IMG/VR virus record: IMGVR_UViG_3300030098_004604
Coordinates: 1 to 64,000 of that record
Length of the DNA: 64,000 bases
Origin: an uncultured virus (IMG/VR IMGVR_UViG_3300030098_004604)
Taxonomy: Duplodnaviria > Heunggongvirae > Uroviricota > Caudoviricetes
Reading direction: 5' to 3' (one strand)
Made by a program: the position numbers and the translations under genes. A model generated the notes under the pieces. That model was not told the origin of the DNA. It searched no databases and saw nothing but the letters and a program-made list of their open reading frames with translations. Shown piece after piece: positions 29,259 through 39,185 of this stretch; positions within the stretch are counted from its first letter, which is position 1; every line of letters begins with the position of its first letter.

Positions 29259-29675
29259 ATGGCAATGTCATGGAAAGCTGAGGTTGGCATCAACCACACC
29301 CCGGCATATCAAGTAAGCGGAAGACCATTCGCTAGCGCAAGTGTCAAATATGACGACGGTGCCACCCCGCAAGTGGTTGAATTCCCGGCTGTGACTCGTT
29401 GGTGGCAAATACACAACAGAGGTGTTTCCGATTTAAGAGTTGGATTTTCGTCCCTCGGGGTGAAGGGTACCAATTATAATTATTACCTCACAGTACCGCC
29501 TAGTAGTTCTGCTGGTTTCGGTAAATCTGACATTTATGAAATGAAAGTTTCACAATTGTGGCTTTATGGTGCGACTGCCGGTACATGTGATGTAGTAGCT
29601 GGCCTGACCACAATACCTAATCGTAGAACATCTGGCAGCTTGGGGCTCAACTTCTCTGGTTCTACGGGAGTTTAA
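29259..29675 (+). CDS. Putative virion protein
   Basis: Preceded by ACTATTTATA (29221) and SD GGAGG. Confidence 0.6.
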   Translation: MAMSWKAEVGINHTPAYQVSGRPFASASVKYDDGATPQVVEFPAVTRWWQIHNRGVSDLRVGFSSLGVKGTNYNYYLTVPPSSSAGFGKSDIYEMKVSQLWLYGATAGTCDVVAGLTTIPNRRTSGSLGLNFSGSTGV

Positions 29676-29679
29676 TTAG

Positions 29680-30366
29680 ATGGCTAGGTTTGCATGGGCA
29701 TATGTAAACTGCTCCGGGTCTGGCACTGCAGATGGAGCATCGGCAGGTCCGACAGGATCTCTGCAGTTTATAAGTGGTTCTGGTGGTCACACTACCGGCT
29801 CAGCAAAACTTGTGTTCTACACAGGTTCGTCGGGTGGGTATACTGCCAATTCACTGGTTCTCTCTGGTAACTTCCATGTAAGTGGAACTATCAGTGCTAG
29901 TGTTTTCCATGTTAAAGATACGGCCATCATTGATGCCACTGGCTCAACTTACTTTGGCGACAGTAACGATGACGTTCACATGCGCACCGGTAGTTTGGTT
30001 GTCAGCACAGTTGCTGGAAACCTAATATTAAGCACTTCGTATGGACAACAGGCAACATACGTCAAGGGGTTTGGCGGTGGCTACACGCCGGTTGCAGCCG
30101 CCACATATACGATAGCTAATGGTGACTATATCCTCGGCGTACAGCGTGGCAACTATGTAACAATGTCGCTCCCGAGGCCCACCGCTGGCAATGCAGGTCG
30201 CGTTTTCTTAATTAAAGACGAATACGAAAATAGAGGGACTGGTAGTATTTATATCACCGGCGCCGCTTCGGGATTCACCATCGATCATTCGGACTCATAT
30301 GTGATGTCAGGTTCGAGCCCCGCAATAAGTTTGTACTCAAACGGTAGCAATTGGTTTGTCTTCTAA
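29680..30366 (+). CDS. Fibre/decoration-like structural protein
   Basis: GPTGSLQF motif; C-terminal 'LP...GRVFLIKDE...SISLY.NG.NW'-type domain shared with neighbours. Confidence 0.6.
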   Translation: MARFAWAYVNCSGSGTADGASAGPTGSLQFISGSGGHTTGSAKLVFYTGSSGGYTANSLVLSGNFHVSGTISASVFHVKDTAIIDATGSTYFGDSNDDVHMRTGSLVVSTVAGNLILSTSYGQQATYVKGFGGGYTPVAAATYTIANGDYILGVQRGNYVTMSLPRPTAGNAGRVFLIKDEYENRGTGSIYITGAASGFTIDHSDSYVMSGSSPAISLYSNGSNWFVF

Positions 30367-30388
30367 TTAACTCTAGGAGGCACATCAT

Positions 30389-31426
30389 ATGGCATATAAT
30401 GTTTTATCCGGTACCGTCATCGCGGCCGACAAATATCTTCCCGGCGATTTAGTAGTCAACATCGTATCGGGTAACCTTAGCACCTCTGATGCCTCTTCAG
30501 TACAAAACGTGCCGCGCGTTTCAAACGCTACTAACAATGCCGTCCTTACGAATGTGGGCGGAGATGCAAACACTCTTACGTGTGAAAGCAACTTAACTTT
30601 TGATGGTGACACCCTGAATGTTGTGGGGGAGATCACCGCTAGTACTGGTGTGTCCGCGTCCTTCTTTATGGGAGACGGCAGTCGACTAACCGGAATCACC
30701 GGTGGCGGCGGTGGAAATGCGAACGCTCAAGGCCCTACATATTCGTTACAGTTCACCACGGGTTCTGGAGGTTTAAGTGGATCCGCTGGCCTGCTTTACT
30801 CAGGAAGTGTTCTCACCCTCACAGGAACTTTTAATGTGAGCGGCACCCTCAATATGGATGGCGATATGATCCCAGCGGCAGCGAACTTGCATGACTTGGG
30901 AAGCTCCGCTAAACCATGGCGAGACCTGTATATCTCAGGCAGTTCTATTCATTTTGGCTCAGACATTTTAAGTGTTGGGGCTGACAACAATCTTAAGTTT
31001 GGTTCTGGGAGTGCCACTAAGGGCTTTGATGTTGGGTTCATGAATTTCAAAAACAATGGCATTTTTATGGATCCGGGCCGCATTTTCCAGTTGCGCGCTT
31101 ATCAAATGAGATTCTTCGGTGGCATCTCTTATATGCGAGTGGTAAAGGTCGCCAATTATAGCATTCAAACAATTGATTACCTAGTGGGCGCCCTGACCAA
31201 CGCTGCTTCTGCTTCTATTGTCTTAACTCTCCCAGCAGCCAATACGTGCATTAACGGCCAAACTTTCGTCATAAAGGACGAGGGAGGCGCCGCAAACGAC
31301 TCCCCAGTTAACATTACTGTAACTGGAGACGATACAATCGATGGTCAAAATACGATAGTTTTAGAATCGCCCTATGCATCCATCCAGCTTTATTGCAACG
31401 GAGTCAATAAATACTTTATTTGCTAA
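30389..31426 (+). CDS. Fibre/decoration-like structural protein
   Basis: MAYNVL N-terminus, GPTYSLQF, same C-terminal domain (LTLP...GQTFVIKDEGG). Confidence 0.6.
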   Translation: MAYNVLSGTVIAADKYLPGDLVVNIVSGNLSTSDASSVQNVPRVSNATNNAVLTNVGGDANTLTCESNLTFDGDTLNVVGEITASTGVSASFFMGDGSRLTGITGGGGGNANAQGPTYSLQFTTGSGGLSGSAGLLYSGSVLTLTGTFNVSGTLNMDGDMIPAAANLHDLGSSAKPWRDLYISGSSIHFGSDILSVGADNNLKFGSGSATKGFDVGFMNFKNNGIFMDPGRIFQLRAYQMRFFGGISYMRVVKVANYSIQTIDYLVGALTNAASASIVLTLPAANTCINGQTFVIKDEGGAANDSPVNITVTGDDTIDGQNTIVLESPYASIQLYCNGVNKYFIC

Positions 31427-31548
31427 TTTTAAAAGGCTTTTTTTTAACTATATATTAGCGTCGGGCGTGGTGTGTGTGCTTTCGGGTTTCATGCTTTGTG
31501 TTCGACTTTTAGCTTGTTTAAAAACAATTAATTTGGAGGGTTTTATAA

Positions 31549-33177
31549 ATGGCTTATAAATTTCAATTGGGAGATGCCGTAATCAGTGGTTCCTTGACTG
31601 CAAAGCAGGGTTCTGTTCAGGCTTCTGGTTCTCTCGTGGATATCGCACTTCGTGACAATGCTGGTGTTCGTCGCTTCGACGTCGATTATCAGGGTGCTAA
31701 CGTTCGTCTGCGTCTCAAAAACGCTGGAGGTCTCGCAAAGACTATTCTTGGCGAGTCCCTTATCTCTGGTTCGGGTGATCTCAAAACCACAGGCGCTCTT
31801 ATCGTCGGTGGACAGCAGTATGGTATTAATGCCAATGGTGCAGTTACTGGTTCTAGCGCTGCTTTGACCAGCCTTAGCGTCGGTGATGGTAACATTACTA
31901 ACGTTGGTGACATTGCTCTTGATAGCATTTCTGCTGATGGCTCTAGCTTCTCGTTCGCTTCGGACTGGACAGCTGCTGGCCGCACATGTGCCAATCTCGG
32001 TACTGTGACAACTGCCGATATTAACGGTGGCTCTATCGATGGTGCTACCATCGGTGCTGCTTCTCAGTCTTCTGGTAAGTTCACAACCATGTCCGGTTCC
32101 AGCACTTTGGAAGTTGGTGGTAACATGACCACCGCCGGTACGGTTAAGCTTCTTGGTGTTGCTGATACAGCTATTGCTGTTGCTAGTGACTCGATGTACT
32201 TCTTGGATGGTGATGGCCTCATGAAGTCTGAGCGTCTTACTGACTATGCTGCTGCATTGGTTGAGTCGGAGCCCGGCTTCGCGTCTACCGGTGGTAAGCT
32301 TCAGTACGATCCTAACAGTCTTACCGCTGCTGCAATCGCATCTGGTGACTCTATTTCGTTCGTTGATGCAAATGACAGCAACATTCCTAAGAAAGAGACT
32401 ATCGATGATGTCGCTACTCTTTTCGCTGGTGCTGGTCTTGCCGCTGCCTCCGCAGTCCTTGCTGTGCAGGTTTCTGGTGCAGTCCACGTCTCTTCGGACA
32501 AGGTTTCGCTTTCGGGCTCCTTGGCTGGTGACGGTCTCGGCTATTCCGGTGGTGTTGATAGCATTATGGATCTCAAAGTCAACGTTGACAACTCGTCCAT
32601 CGAGTTGAGCGGCGATGCACTTCGCGTGAAGGCTGCTGGTGTCACTGATGCTATGCTTAACGATGATGTTGCCACTGGTCTTGCTGGTGTCGGTCTGGGT
32701 GCTGCTTCTGGCGTCTTGGCTCTTGAGCTTAACGAGTTAGTCTCTGCTGCTGTTGACGTTTCCGCTGATAGCATTGCCATCATTGATGCTAACGACGGTA
32801 ACGGTTCGAGGAAAGAAAGCATTGCTGACCTTGTGTCCGCCATGGCTGGTGCCGGTCTTACCGCCACCAACGGTGTTCTTTCGACAGATGCTGGCGCTAC
32901 ACCTGTTGGTGTTGGTGACGCTAACGCTACGTTGACCGAGGGTACTACCTATGGTACGACCACCCTTACAGCCGACCGTACTTGGTCGCTTCCGGCTGCT
33001 CCGGATGCTGGTGATATGGTCCGCGTGAAAGCACCGCCTAGCTTGGGAGGCTTCAATCTTATCATTGCTAAGCAGGGTTCACACACTATTGACGGCTTGG
33101 GAACTATTTCTCTGCAGTCTGATAGTGCTTCTGTTACGCTCATCTACGTTGCTGCTAACTTGTGGAAGATTGTCTAA
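31549..33177 (+). CDS. Long Gly/Ala/Ser-rich fibre-like structural protein
   Basis: Repeated AGAGL/AGDGL motifs; related C-terminal domain; T-biased codon usage like the capsid gene. Confidence 0.65.
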   Translation: MAYKFQLGDAVISGSLTAKQGSVQASGSLVDIALRDNAGVRRFDVDYQGANVRLRLKNAGGLAKTILGESLISGSGDLKTTGALIVGGQQYGINANGAVTGSSAALTSLSVGDGNITNVGDIALDSISADGSSFSFASDWTAAGRTCANLGTVTTADINGGSIDGATIGAASQSSGKFTTMSGSSTLEVGGNMTTAGTVKLLGVADTAIAVASDSMYFLDGDGLMKSERLTDYAAALVESEPGFASTGGKLQYDPNSLTAAAIASGDSISFVDANDSNIPKKETIDDVATLFAGAGLAAASAVLAVQVSGAVHVSSDKVSLSGSLAGDGLGYSGGVDSIMDLKVNVDNSSIELSGDALRVKAAGVTDAMLNDDVATGLAGVGLGAASGVLALELNELVSAAVDVSADSIAIIDANDGNGSRKESIADLVSAMAGAGLTATNGVLSTDAGATPVGVGDANATLTEGTTYGTTTLTADRTWSLPAAPDAGDMVRVKAPPSLGGFNLIIAKQGSHTIDGLGTISLQSDSASVTLIYVAANLWKIV

Positions 33178-33216
33178 TCTAAAGCATTTGCTTGGGATAA
33201 GATATTCTTAATCTCT

Positions 33217-33249
33217 GGATGCCCTCCTTGTGGGGGCATCCTTTTTTTT
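33217..33249 (+). terminator. Intrinsic terminator
   Basis: GGATGCCCTC-cttgt-GGGGGCATCC followed by a T8 run. Confidence 0.9.
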
Positions 33250-33266
33250 AGAGACTATTTATTAGT

Positions 33267-33476
33267 ATGGAAACATTAGACTTACATGGCGTGCGCCATG
33301 AAGACGCAGAGTTCAAAGTGCATAGGTTTATTTATCGGGCGTCGCTCCCGTGTAAGATCATTACGGGGCATTCCGCTACTATGAAAGAGATAGTTAAAGA
33401 TGTTCTGCGAGAATATGATTTGAAATCCCACTACGAACACTATGTAAATAATGGATGTTTAGTCGTTACCGATTAG
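33267..33476 (+). CDS. Stand-alone Smr/MutS2-C domain protein
   Basis: TLDLHG...KIITGHS...NNG motifs of the Smr domain. Confidence 0.8.
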   Translation: METLDLHGVRHEDAEFKVHRFIYRASLPCKIITGHSATMKEIVKDVLREYDLKSHYEHYVNNGCLVVTD

Positions 33477-33500
33477 CAAATATAAAGGAACAGATAAAGT

Positions 33501-34646
33501 ATGGCATATAATGTACTTAAGGGCGTTGTCGAAGGTTCTGTCGATCAATACGGAGATCAGGAGATTGACGGAATAAAGGTGTTTAAAAACACGATTAGTG
33601 CAAGTGTCTTTTATGATACTGACGCGCAAAGCCCATGCGCCACAATGAAAGATGTGGCCATTAACGAAGTGGCAGGAGGTGTTAGCAACTCTGTCCTCAC
33701 CTTTCAGGGGGAGGGTAAAGCAAAAGCAGAACACAACCTAAGTTTTGATGGTCGTCGCTTGACCACCAAAGAGGTGTGCGCGACTGCCTTCATAGGTGCC
33801 GGTGAAGGACTGTACAATGTTCCCGCTGATAAACTAAGCGGAAAGGTGCCAGCCGACTCTATAAATATTGGGCCCGGCATTCGAAGTGTTCGAGGAAAGA
33901 TTCAAGTTCGCCCGGGCAAAGGTCTCGAAGTTAACGCGAATGGTGCCACTGTCGCTCTTGGTCCCCAAGGCGGCCTCTCCTTCAAAGATAGCAACCTTGT
34001 CGCATCCCCCAACGCATGCTTGGATGTCACACTTAAAGGCCAGAACCTTAGCGATGGCGACTTTTTGATGGTGCATGACACCTCGCGCAACGAAGTGCGC
34101 AAGACAACGTTGGCCAATCTCTACAACTCATATTTAAATGCAAAGCTCCCACATCCAGAGGGCCCCACCAACAGTGTCCAGCTTCGAGGCCGCAAGGGAT
34201 TCGTAGCCAGTGCCAATTTTACTTATGATCCTCAAGCAAATGTTCTGGGGGTCTTGGGAGAAACCAAAACGAACCTTTTGACTGCAACAGGGCAAGTCAC
34301 CTTTCAAGGGGCTGTAAACAATCGGTCGGCTGTCCATAATAATATAACGACTGTCACCAATGAAACATACGATGTCGCGGATTCTGACTATACGGTCTTG
34401 TGCGACACTACAAAAAATATAGTTCTTGTTACGTTGCCGCCGGCATGCAATCACGCTGGCCGAGTTATCGTCATAAAGAAAGTAAACAAAGATAAATATA
34501 AATTAAATTCTAACGTGTTAACCGTCCAAGTTAAGGAAGGGATGATAGATTATACCGAGCATATCACAGTTAAATATAATAATTCTTCCAGAGTCGTCCA
34601 ATCTGATGGTGAAAACTGGTGGATTATTGGGAAAGCCGGATCATAA
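33501..34646 (+). CDS. Fibre/decoration-like structural protein
   Basis: MAYNVL N-terminus, GPTNSVQL, C-terminal VTLPPA...GRVIVIKK...SDGENW domain. Confidence 0.6.
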   Translation: MAYNVLKGVVEGSVDQYGDQEIDGIKVFKNTISASVFYDTDAQSPCATMKDVAINEVAGGVSNSVLTFQGEGKAKAEHNLSFDGRRLTTKEVCATAFIGAGEGLYNVPADKLSGKVPADSINIGPGIRSVRGKIQVRPGKGLEVNANGATVALGPQGGLSFKDSNLVASPNACLDVTLKGQNLSDGDFLMVHDTSRNEVRKTTLANLYNSYLNAKLPHPEGPTNSVQLRGRKGFVASANFTYDPQANVLGVLGETKTNLLTATGQVTFQGAVNNRSAVHNNITTVTNETYDVADSDYTVLCDTTKNIVLVTLPPACNHAGRVIVIKKVNKDKYKLNSNVLTVQVKEGMIDYTEHITVKYNNSSRVVQSDGENWWIIGKAGS

Positions 34647-34710
34647 AATGGTTCTTTTCGGGCTCTGATACACTATTTAATTTTGCAAAACTAGTTTTTA
34701 GGAGAACTCC

Positions 34711-35958
34711 ATGTCAAATTTATTAAAAGAGGCAATTGTAGATGCGTCTGCATTGCGTGAAGCTGCGTTGAAAAACGCTGAAGCATCTGTGATCGATAAG
34801 TATTCGGATGAGGTTCGCGCCACTCTTAACCAACTGCTTGAGCAAGACGACCTTATGGGTATGGATCTTGATGCTGCAGTTGATGCCGACACACCAGACC
34901 CAATGGGCGCAGATCTCGGCGCTGATCCGCTTGCTGGTGCAGAAGACCCGGCTATGGGCGCCGCACCTGCTGCAGCCGATCCTGCCGCTGCTGCTGGTGG
35001 TGCTGATGAGTCTTTGGAAGAGGACGTAGAGGATGTGCCTGTTGCTGCCACTGACGATGTGGCCAAGATGGATGGAGAGAACGTTAAGAACATTCCCGGC
35101 GAAGGCGAGCCAGTTGAGGTGACCTTGGACCTTGGAACTCTTAAGGAGTCTGTCGCCGCGCTGCAGGCTGAGATTGATGAGGAATTGACCTTTGACGAGT
35201 ATACGCTTATCGACATGCTCTCGGAAGAGGGCGCCGGCCAATCGAGTGGTGCTGCCCTTGCTGGTTCTGCCGCTGCGGCTACTGCTGATGAAGAGCAGGA
35301 AGAGAACTTGGAGGGCGACGACGAAAAGCCAGAAGATCCGGGCTCTTTTGCTGGTGAAGAGGTTGGCGAATTAGGCGAAGAAATTGAACTTTCCGATGAC
35401 ATGATTGATGAAATCGTTGAGAGACTTACAGTAGATATGGGTGCTACCCTATCCGGTTGGGCAGGACGCTCATCCGAGAGCATCAAATACGAGCTTGCGC
35501 GAGCACTTGCTGCGCGCCGTAGCACCGATGTCCAAGATGAATTAGATATTATGAGAAAAGCCCAAGAGGAGCTAGTTTTCGAAAATAAACAGCTGAAGGG
35601 GCGACTTTCACAATACGAGCAAGTAACAGGCGAACTTAAGGAGACACTGCAAACAGTTAACCTTTCGAACGCCCGCTTGCTTTATACGAATCGGGTATTA
35701 AGAAATACCTCCCTTAATGAGCGGCAAAAAACAAGAATTGCCGAAGCTATTTCAAAGGCCGATTCTGTCACAGAAGCAAAGACAATTTTTAATACGCTTC
35801 AAAGCACAATGGAGGCAGCGCCTAAGCGCGGCCCGCAATCGTTGAGCGAAGCCATTAGCCGTCCCACTTCTGTAATTCGTGCAACTCGTAAAGAGTCAGC
35901 ACAACCCACTGACGTATTCGCACAGCGGATGCGTCGACTAGCAGGTATCAAAAATTAG
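34711..35958 (+). CDS. Prohead core/scaffolding protein
   Basis: Acidic, coiled-coil, many L-x-E sites, directly upstream of the MCP; C-terminal RMRRLAGIK. Confidence 0.8.
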   Translation: MSNLLKEAIVDASALREAALKNAEASVIDKYSDEVRATLNQLLEQDDLMGMDLDAAVDADTPDPMGADLGADPLAGAEDPAMGAAPAAADPAAAAGGADESLEEDVEDVPVAATDDVAKMDGENVKNIPGEGEPVEVTLDLGTLKESVAALQAEIDEELTFDEYTLIDMLSEEGAGQSSGAALAGSAAAATADEEQEENLEGDDEKPEDPGSFAGEEVGELGEEIELSDDMIDEIVERLTVDMGATLSGWAGRSSESIKYELARALAARRSTDVQDELDIMRKAQEELVFENKQLKGRLSQYEQVTGELKETLQTVNLSNARLLYTNRVLRNTSLNERQKTRIAEAISKADSVTEAKTIFNTLQSTMEAAPKRGPQSLSEAISRPTSVIRATRKESAQPTDVFAQRMRRLAGIKN

Positions 35959-35971
35959 GAGGTATATCTAA

Positions 35972-37786
35972 ATGTCTAGTATTATCGAAAGGTTGACCGA
36001 AGGTGTTGTCAACCGTGATATGCGCGCTGAAGGTAGTGCGCTTTTAAACAAGTGGGAGAAGACAGGTCTTTTAGAGGGTCTTGATAACGACCGTCATCGT
36101 TCCTCGATGGCACGTTTGCTCGAAAATCAGGCCAAGGAGCTTCTCCGCGAGTCCAGCAGCATGGCTGGTGGTGATGTCGAAGGTTTTGCAGCCGTCGCTT
36201 TCCCCATCGTCCGTCGTGTGTTTGCTGGCCTGATCGCTAACGATCTCGTTAGTGTTCAGCCGATGAGTCTCCCTTCGGGTCTCATCTTCTTCCTTGACTT
36301 CGTGTTCTCGCCGAACCTCGGCGCGTCCAGCAGTCAGCGTGATCGCATGGGTAACATTACCGATAAGTCGATTTATGGTACAAACCAAGTTGGTAGCCAA
36401 ATCACTGGTGGTGTGACTCTTGTGGGCGCGACCCTCAAAGAAGACCTTTCTGGTCCTCGCACTGTTGGTGCTCGCGGTTATGCTTACGCATCTCCGACTG
36501 GCTCTGGCGGTATTGAGACTGCTCAGTGGAGTCTTGCAGACAACTTCTCGCTCTCTGGGTCCACCGAGGCTCAGCGCCGTAAGTGGTTGCAGTATGATCC
36601 TGACATTATGGCCCTTTCCTCATCGGGAGAGGCTATCAGTGTCGCGGTCTTTGAGTGTGCCGGTAGCGCAATTACCGGCTCAACAGGCGGCCAGCCGGCT
36701 GACTTTAAGAACCTCGGTGCTTTCTCGGCATCGTTCAACGGTTCCGATGGTGGTACCGCCGCTACTCGCGTTGGCGCCGGCTCTCGACTTATTCGTCGTT
36801 TGACCATGCAGACTGGCTCTGGTGAGGAGTCAAATGTTCGCTTTGTCGTCCTTGGTGAAGACGGTACTGGTGGTGTTTGCGGCAATGGTGTTGCTGTGGG
36901 CTCGCTTGAGGCTGTTGTACAGTTCCCAATCCGTGATAACCTCACAACCAGCAATGCGCTTGGTTCTGTTGTTGGTACGGCTCTGTGGGGACTTGAGGGC
37001 AACGAAGAGATCCCCGAGATTGACATCAAGGTGGATAGCATCGCTGTTACCGCGCAGACCAAGAAGCTCAAGGCTAAGTGGACACCGGAGTTGGGGCAAG
37101 ACCTTAACGCCTACCACAACCTTGATGCCGAGGTTGAGCTTACCAGCATTCTCTCCGAGCAGATTGCTCTTGAGATTGACCGTGAGATCCTTGCGGACCT
37201 CGTTAACGGTGCAACCGCTGGTACTTACTACTGGTCGCGTTCGCCGGGTCTGTTCTTGAACCGTGAGACGGGTGTCGAAATCGGCGCTAGCTCTGCGGCT
37301 CCGGACTTCACCGGTACTGTGTCGGAGTGGTACGAGACTCTTTGTGAGACCATCAATGATGTGTCCGCTCAGATTCACCGTAAGACTCTGCGTGGTGGTG
37401 CTAACTTCATCGTCTGCGGACCCGAGGTTGCAAACATCCTTGAGTTCACGGCTGGTTTCCGCGCAAGCGTTACCGCTGATGACGAGACCGGCTCCATCGG
37501 TGCTGTCAAGGTTGGCTCGCTGAGCAAGAAGTTCGACGTTATCGTTGATCCTTACTTCCTCCGCAACGTCGTCCTCGTCGGCCGTAGAGGTTCCAGCTTC
37601 CTTGAATCTGGATACGTTTACGCTCCGTACGTGCCGCTGCAGACCACACCCACAATCTTCGGACCGGAAGACTTCGTGCCCCGTAAGGGAGTCATGACTC
37701 GTTACGCGAAGAAGATGGTGCGCCCTGACCTTTATGGTCTGGTCATCGTGTCTGGTCTTCTCGGACAGGCTGGTGCCACTGCTTAA
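35972..37786 (+). CDS. Major capsid protein (T4 gp23-like)
   Basis: LLENQ, VSVQPMSLPSGLIF, KLKAKWTPELGQDLNAYH, EIDREI, YAPYVPL, GVMTRYA. Confidence 0.97.
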   Translation: MSSIIERLTEGVVNRDMRAEGSALLNKWEKTGLLEGLDNDRHRSSMARLLENQAKELLRESSSMAGGDVEGFAAVAFPIVRRVFAGLIANDLVSVQPMSLPSGLIFFLDFVFSPNLGASSSQRDRMGNITDKSIYGTNQVGSQITGGVTLVGATLKEDLSGPRTVGARGYAYASPTGSGGIETAQWSLADNFSLSGSTEAQRRKWLQYDPDIMALSSSGEAISVAVFECAGSAITGSTGGQPADFKNLGAFSASFNGSDGGTAATRVGAGSRLIRRLTMQTGSGEESNVRFVVLGEDGTGGVCGNGVAVGSLEAVVQFPIRDNLTTSNALGSVVGTALWGLEGNEEIPEIDIKVDSIAVTAQTKKLKAKWTPELGQDLNAYHNLDAEVELTSILSEQIALEIDREILADLVNGATAGTYYWSRSPGLFLNRETGVEIGASSAAPDFTGTVSEWYETLCETINDVSAQIHRKTLRGGANFIVCGPEVANILEFTAGFRASVTADDETGSIGAVKVGSLSKKFDVIVDPYFLRNVVLVGRRGSSFLESGYVYAPYVPLQTTPTIFGPEDFVPRKGVMTRYAKKMVRPDLYGLVIVSGLLGQAGATA

Positions 37787-37810
37787 TAGCTAAACACCGC
37801 AATAAAACGC

Positions 37811-37845
37811 AAAGCCTCCGTTTTTTGAACGGGGGCTTTCGTTTG
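37811..37845 (+). terminator. Intrinsic terminator after MCP
   Basis: AAAGCCTCCGTT...AACGGGGGCTTT stem followed by a T-rich tract. Confidence 0.8.
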
Positions 37846-37925
37846 TTTGAAGCTACTTATAAGCGAAGGCTCAAAAGGGCTTTTTCCTATGTTTAATGAC
37901 ATGAATAAAAACGGAGGGTTATAAA

Positions 37926-38366
37926 ATGGGAACAAAAAGAGTAGGCTTGGCTAGAACCCAAGCACTAATTGAGGGACTAAAAAGAGAACTCACAATGGGA
38001 ACCACTGTCTTCAGAGGTAGAGGATTCCAAGCTGTTTCGACAGAAGTTACCGCCGCTGCAGCAGGCACCGACATCCCAGATGGAGCTTCACACGTCACAG
38101 TGACGTCTGGCAATTCCGATCACTGGGTAAACTTGCCGGCACCAGTTGTTGGTAACATTATTAATATTTTTGTTGGCGCTAATGGTTGCGAATTACGCAC
38201 CAGTACACCAGCATCGATTGCGATTAATGGTGGCACCGGTGCTGGCGCTGAATCGGCATTGCCGGCTAACTCATATTCAGTTATGATTTGTACTTCTGCT
38301 ACAACTTGGATTGGTTTTGAAGTATCAAGCGTTGGCGCTGTTACAGCTGTTGAGGTTGCTTCTTAA
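37926..38366 (+). CDS. Putative head decoration protein
   Basis: Follows MCP; SD GGAGG; VNLPAPVVG domain related to the fibre C-termini. Confidence 0.55.
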   Translation: MGTKRVGLARTQALIEGLKRELTMGTTVFRGRGFQAVSTEVTAAAAGTDIPDGASHVTVTSGNSDHWVNLPAPVVGNIINIFVGANGCELRTSTPASIAINGGTGAGAESALPANSYSVMICTSATTWIGFEVSSVGAVTAVEVAS

Positions 38367-38393
38367 TCTGAAGATTAAATAGGGTTTTACCTT

Positions 38394-38424
38394 GCCCCCT
38401 TCCCTTTCGGGTTGGGGGTTTTTT
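38394..38424 (+). terminator. Intrinsic terminator
   Basis: GCCCCC...TTCG...GGGGGT stem followed by a T run. Confidence 0.7.
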
Positions 38425-38460
38425 CTTGATTAAAAAGAAAAGCTACTTACTATTTATAGC

Positions 38461-38643
38461 ATGTCTTCTATAGAAAATATCGAACTCTTAAAGCGCATAG
38501 ATTATAACGAAAAGAGAATGGATGAAATCGAAGATCTGGTGAGGGCCAATAGCGAACTCCTAGAAGAGATAACGAAGCAGGTTATTGAAATAAAGGAAGC
38601 CATGTCGCAACCCCAACTGCCAAATCTATTAGGAATGGTTTAA
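38461..38643 (+). CDS. Small coiled-coil protein, possibly leaderless
   Basis: ATG directly after ACTATTTATAGC, no SD. Confidence 0.45.
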   Translation: MSSIENIELLKRIDYNEKRMDEIEDLVRANSELLEEITKQVIEIKEAMSQPQLPNLLGMV

Positions 38644-38742
38644 ACAAAAACCTCGATTCTCCAAATTTTTCCCCGGCAAATTTTTGAGATTTTCGTTTTG
38701 TTGTTTTGGAACTATTTACTTACATACCTTATAGGAGTTAAC

Positions 38743-39102
38743 ATGGGTAAAAAACGAAGATTAAACAGTTCGCAGGCAAAGTTTGGTTCTAAGTACCGCG
38801 CACATCCACGGATGGTGTTATTAAACAGTCAGGCAGAAACAGTCGCTGAGGTTACACCACCCGAGCCAGTTGTCGAGCTTGCCGCAAAAGTTGAGCCAGA
38901 GCCAGAAGTTGTAATTGCGCCAGTGGAGCCCGTAGTGGCTGCAGTGGAAGAAGTTGCAGCGAAACCAGTCGCCACAAAGCCAAAGGCCAAGGCTGCTACA
39001 ACGAAAAAGCGTACCACAACGACAAAGAAGCGCACAACTACGACGCGAACATCTCGCAAGAGTAGAACAAAAAAGAAGACTTCTACGGAAGCATCGGCAT
39101 AA
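38743..39102 (+). CDS. Low-complexity protein with Pro/Glu linker and Lys/Arg/Thr-rich histone-like tail
   Basis: SD AGGAG before ATG 38743; KKRTTTT repeats. Confidence 0.6.
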   Translation: MGKKRRLNSSQAKFGSKYRAHPRMVLLNSQAETVAEVTPPEPVVELAAKVEPEPEVVIAPVEPVVAAVEEVAAKPVATKPKAKAATTKKRTTTTKKRTTTTRTSRKSRTKKKTSTEASA

Positions 39103-39185
39103 AGGCTCCTGTTTATAACATAGCAGCCATTATAGGTGGGGTTTTGTCTCGCAGTTTACTAATTATTGCGAAGGAGACTATTTGA

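Noticed and set aside
29680..34646. Diversity-generating retroelement acting on fibre genes
   Set aside because: No reverse transcriptase or TR/VR pair differing at adenines was seen
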